This document shows positions 29,913 to 33,781 of a stretch of 33,781 bases of DNA, in pieces. Location: assembly GCA_012862495.1 (NCBI GenBank), contig BLSG01000178.1:40112-73892 (forward strand), read 5' to 3'. This DNA comes from Thraustochytrium aureum. Taxonomy: Eukaryota. The stretch's first letter is position 1, and every line of letters starts with the position of its first letter. Made by a program: the position numbers and the translations under genes. Under the pieces are notes generated by a model that saw only the letters and a program-made list of their open reading frames with translations, was not told the DNA's origin and did no database searches.

Positions 29913-30162
29913 GGACGCGGGCTGGCGGGGCTTTCGCAGCGCGTGCTGTGCAGCTTTGGAGAAGTNNNNNNNNNNNNNNNNNNNNNNNNNNNNNNNNNNN
30001 NNNNNNNNNNNNNNNNNNNNNNNNNNNNNNNNNNNNNNNNNNNNNNNNNNNNNNNNNNNNNNNNNNNNNNNNNNNNNNNNNNNNNNNNNNNNNNNNNNNN
30101 NNNNNNNNNNNNNNNNNNNNNNNNNNNNNNNNNNNNNNNNNNNNNNNNNNNNNNNNNNNNNN

Positions 30163-30332
30163 TGGCCTTTGGCCGCGCATGCTGGGCTCGTGGTTGGGGC
30201 GCCCACCGCGAGGACGAGCTCGACGAGCGACGGCGTTTTAAGCCATTCGGAGAGGAGCGCGGCGAGTGACAGCGTTTCAGTCATTGGGAGAGGAGCAGTG
30301 GGATCGAAAGGCTGGTTGTAGGTAGAGTACAT
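30163..30332 (-). CDS. Possible coding exon of an unknown gene running into the gap
   Basis: MYSTYNQPFDPTAPLPMTETLSLAALLSEWLKTPSLVELVLAVG, preceded on the minus strand by actgatctacatag (possible branch point plus 3' splice site). No family recognised. Confidence 0.3.
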
Positions 30333-30775
30333 CTATGTAGATCAGTATGCGTGGATGGTGGTTGAACTGGGGCGGTCGGTAACCGCGCTCCTCCTGCTTT
30401 TGAATGGCGCTCGTTGCAGGCTTGCACACAACGCAAACGTTGAGCAGCGAGACGCGCCGCAACAAAACGCCGGAAGCGGGGCGAGAGGTCTGTCGCCGTG
30501 CGAGACCTGGTCAGTAAACCCGCAGATGGCGCGCAGGCCAAACAAGAAAGAAAGTCAAAGGGCCGGCCGTGGGGGCGTGCACTGACGTGAAGGGGGCTCA
30601 GATTCTATGGGTGGTTGAAGCTGAAGTTGGCTCACCGAATTTTTCGCCTGCTCAGCTGTTTCGTCCTAGCCGCCCGACACGCCGCGCAAGCCCCGCCACC
30701 GCCCCGTGCGCTGCTGCAGCGCTCTGCGCGCGACTCACCAAATCGTGCGAGCTCCTGGAAGACCAAGAGCCAACT

Positions 30776-30815
30776 CGACCGACAGGCTGAGCGACCGACC
30801 GACCGACCGACCGAC
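30776..30815. repeat. (CCGA)n microsatellite
   Basis: cgaccgacaggctgagcgaccgaccgaccgaccgaccgac. Confidence 0.85.
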
Positions 30816-30981
30816 GCGGACGGCTCGCCCAAGCCCAACCACGCGCAGCGAACACGGGCAGCCCTCGCGCCGCGTCGACCAAACTACACTTGTCGAACGG
30901 CGGGCCTCCCCGCCGTCGCAGCCCCCAGCGCCGCAAGCGCACGCATCGCGCCGCTCCGGCTCTGCTCGACTCTTCTCGCAG

Positions 30982-31138
30982 GGTTGACCGCGCAGCCTCA
31001 GATTTTGTGTTCGTTTCGAAGCGGACGGAGGACAGCCAGGCGCTGGTCAAGGTCGTGTTGGTTTGCCTGCAGGGACAAGCGTGCAAAGCGTTTCTCTACG
31101 GAGACCTACTCGAGCTAGAGCTAGTGGGCGGCCGCTAG
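30982..31138 (+). CDS. Possible terminal exon of an unknown gene
   Basis: A pyrimidine-rich acceptor ctcttctcgcag ends at 30981, followed by the open frame VDRAASDFVFVSKRTEDSQALVKVVLVCLQGQACKAFLYGDLLELELVGGR-TAG. No upstream exon was identified. Confidence 0.25.
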
Positions 31139-31155
31139 TTGCAGTGGCGCCCCGG

Positions 31156-31704
31156 TCAGAAGCACAGGCCGAACACCGTCACGATGCAGTACATGGTTTT
31201 GTTCTGGTCTTTGGCCTTGTCCCCGGGCCACTTGACTGTGACTGCGCCGTCCGTAACTGTATCCCAGTAGCACGAGTGCGACGTGTGGACGCCGGCGCCG
31301 TTTTTCTGCATAATCGCGCAAGTCACTGCGGCGCCAATTCAAACAAATCGCATTCCGTCAGCGGCCAAATGCGCAGGCCGAAGCTCTCGCGCGCGGCGAC
31401 GCAACTTACCGAGGTATTTGAACGGTTTATTCAAGTGCGCGAGGTCCTGCATGCACGACTCGCATATACTGTCAACCCAGCGCGCCACTTTGGCTTCATC
31501 GTGCGACTCGTCTTTCAAGTGTGTCTCGATCGCCTGTTGCACGACACGCTCAATCTCCTCAGAAATGAACGCAGACTGCCGCATCAACCCAGCGCCACGC
31601 AAACCGTCCGCGCCATCGCATCATGTCAGCCACCGCCGCCGCGGCCCGCGCTCTGCCCCACAGCGCATCAAACGCACCTCTTCCGAGCTGCTCAAGTCGT
31701 CCAT
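31156..31704 (-). CDS. DYNLT1: Dynein light chain Tctex-1; 3 exons (31704-31678, 31575-31410, 31325-31156)
   Basis: Spliced product: [120 protein letters not shown]. It carries the hallmark [16 protein letters not shown]...SCYWD...DG. Confidence 0.95.
31326..31409 (-). other. Spliceosomal intron 2 of Tctex-1 (84 nt)
   Basis: GTAAGT donor, GCTGAC branch-like site, CGCAG acceptor. Splicing restores KYL-VTC. Confidence 0.93.
31576..31677 (-). other. Spliceosomal intron 1 of Tctex-1 (102 nt)
   Basis: GTGCGT donor, internal GCTGAC branch-like site, GCAG acceptor. Splicing removes an in-frame stop and restores the family alignment. Confidence 0.85.
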
Positions 31705-32682
31705 CGTCCCGTGATGCGCCTCTCGCGACCGACTCGCCCNNNNNNNNNNNNNNNNNNNNNNNNNNNNNNNNNNNNNNNNNNNNNNNNNNNNNNNNNNNNN
31801 NNNNNNNNNNNNNNNNNNNNNNNNNNNNNNNNNNNNNNNNNNNNNNNNNNNNNNNNNNNNNNNNNNNNNNNNNNNNNNNNNNNNNNNNNNNNNNNNNNNN
31901 NNNGGTGGCCGGGCGCCTTGAGGGGGCGGGCGCCTTCTCGGGCGGCGATCGACCCGGCGATGTTGGCCAAAACCAGAATCCCGCCAAACTCCCCTCGACC
32001 GAGCGCAGCCAGCCACGCAGCTCGAGTATCGCTTTCGCAACGCGCACAGGCTGCCCGCTGGCCTCTCCGCCTCTCCGTTTCCGTGCCAGCGGGTCGCTTT
32101 CGAGGCGGTCTGCTCGCACCGTTTCGGGGCGTCCCGACCGTTGAACAACTTGCAAAACCAGCCGAAAGCAAGAAGTGAGACTCGGCGCACTCCGTGGCGA
32201 AGGTCATGATCATGTCCTTGCTGGGCTTCCCAAGCTGCGGAGGGACGCCGATGTCCCGCCGGGGCGCACGGCATCGGCGTGGTCGCCGCGCTTGCTCGAG
32301 GCGCGCCGAGCTGGAGTTGGCACGGCGCCGTTCTTGCTCAAGGGCTTGCGCTCTCGCAGGCGGGACTCGTTCGAAAAGCAGCGCCCGTGGCCCTCGCTGG
32401 CGACAGAGCCCTCCCGGCTTGTGCGTGAGGTCGCGGCCGGCTGTCAGTAGTCCTCAAATGATGAGCGAGGCAATTCATCGCCCTTGGCGATGAGCCGGCG
32501 CGCGAGCGGCCGCGGCGCTCGAGAACGGCGTGTCGTGGGGCGTCCGGACGGCGAGGCCCCCTTCAATTGCTCGAGGCTTTGCTGGGGCGCGGGCCTCCGA
32601 TTCGAGCCCATGAATGAAAAGGAACGGATCGGTTGGCTTTCACGGCTCGCGACTTTATTGTGTTTGTGCATGTGCCCTGCGC

Positions 32683-33781
32683 TCAGTCGGAGCTGGACGG
32701 CTTGCTTTTCTTCTGCGGCGGTTGGGCAGCGTCGCCCGAGGCATCTTCGTTGCCCGCCTCAACATTGGCATCGCTATTCTGGCTCGACGCGGTCGAGCCG
32801 TCGCCCTCCCCGGCATCGTCGGCAGCGTCATCGCCGTCGCCGTTATTGCTTGACGCCGTTGAGCCCTCTTCCACGTCGTCGTCCGCGGCGTCGTCGTCCG
32901 CGGCGTCGTCGTCCGCGGCGTCGTCCGCGCCGAAAGGCAGCAAGGGCTCTGCGTCCTCGCCTTCGAGCTTGACGATGACTCCACTGGCTAGGCAGCTCGC
33001 GGAGGAGCTCGTCGCCGCAAAGGGGGGCGAGGAGGAACTAGGGCCCGGGGCATCCCCTCCCTGCGCGGCGGATGCTGCCAACGCCTTCTGGGCTGCGCGC
33101 CGCCGCTTTGTCCGCACCGTTGCGACAATGCTAGAGCTTTCCTCCTCCTTGATTGGCTGCGTCAGGTCAATGTCCTCGTCGTCCAAATCGCTCTCTCTAT
33201 CTGACGAGCTGCGCGATTCGTCGCTGCTGTCTTCCTCGTCGTCAAAGCTCGAGTCGTCCGACTCGTCCGAGTCGCCTCCGGCTCGTCCGTTCTCCCCTTC
33301 GATGCTGGCGCCCGCGGTCGCGCCCGTCCCGCCTTCGCCCGGGCCGCTGGCCTTGGCGGCGGCTTCAGCAGCTGCAGCGTCGTTGATGCCGCACCGCTCG
33401 ACGTAGGACTCGAACGGCTGAAACTCGTCCTTTTTGCAGCATGCGGATCTCGTGTCGGGTGCCGTCCTTGAGGACCACGTTGACGTCAAAGTTTCGCGCG
33501 CCATACTCTGCCTGCCGCTCAAGCTCGACCCGCTCAATCTCCTCCGTAGGAAGGAACAGCGTCGGCTTTTGGATGAAGGCAAGGCCTTGCGCAAGCGGGA
33601 ACAGGACGCCGTCGTTGACGCCGTGGTAGCAGGGCACGCCATACTCGCCGCCGCTCGAGCGAAAGGTCTCGAGTGTCGGCTCCTCGACCCGAATCGAGTG
33701 GTCTAGCTCGGCAAAGGCGGCAGCCCAGACCTTGCGGGGAGGTCGCTCAGCTCGCGCCCGTTCGGGAGTGCGACGGTGAGC
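32683..33781 (-). CDS. Rtt106/SSRP1-type double-PH histone chaperone, C-terminal PH domain plus acidic tail; 5' partial, +1 indel at ~33433
   Basis: ETFRSSGGEYGVPCYHGVNDGVLFPLAQGLAFIQKPTLFLPTEEIERVEL...RNFDVNV. Removing one A of the A5 run (33431-33435) gives EIRMLQKDEFQPFESYV, then a D/E/S-rich tail and a terminal PPQKKSK. Confidence 0.8.
32874..32929. repeat. 15-nt coding tandem repeat (AADDD) in the acidic tail
   Basis: cgtcgtcgtccgcgg x3 plus a partial copy. Confidence 0.85.

Noticed and set aside
31904..32680. Short ORFs between Tctex-1 and the histone chaperone
   Set aside because: No recognisable motif, start context or consistent frame, so a gene call cannot be supported.
1..33781. 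Prokaryotic origin or operon structure
   Set aside because: Spliceosomal introns, Tctex-1, Sec14, SH3/PH, an Rtt106-like chaperone and PTS1 signals all indicate a eukaryotic nuclear genome.

Overview
This is GC-rich, gene-dense eukaryotic nuclear DNA from a draft scaffold with 9 N-gaps. Two canonical GT-AG spliceosomal introns can be resolved in a Tctex-1 gene; the other genes look intron-poor. The gene content and style (class II DAHP synthase, GH114, DOMON, PT-rich stalks, Zn2Cys6 factor, tetranucleotide microsatellites) suggest a heterotrophic stramenopile such as a labyrinthulomycete, but that is inference only. Many genes are broken by single-base indels, mostly in short homopolymers, which are probably sequencing errors. 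Genes in order: PH-SH3-degenerate RasGAP scaffold (+); Zn2Cys6/AT-hook/PAS-like transcription factor (-); epoxide hydrolase ending in a PTS1 (-); a membrane protein GH114*-(DOMON)x3-GH114*-TM (+, * = catalytic acids lost); a secreted intact GH114 with a PT stalk (+); polyamine oxidase (-); a low-GC PriCT-2-like/ankyrin-like ORF (+); class II DAHP synthase (-); J-domain protein (-); Myb-like protein (-); TTL-family ligase (-); cytochrome P450 ending in SRL (+); Sec14/GOLD protein (-); Tctex-1 (-); Rtt106/SSRP1-type histone chaperone (-). The best candidate for a new system is the tandem GH114 pair. One gene encodes an apparently active secreted alpha-1,4-galactosaminidase. Its neighbour is a surface-anchored protein whose two GH114 domains lack both catalytic acids and flank three apparently circularly permuted DOMON domains that retain the Met and His heme ligands. 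The second candidate is a P450 with a peroxisomal signal and Asn in place of the I-helix Thr.
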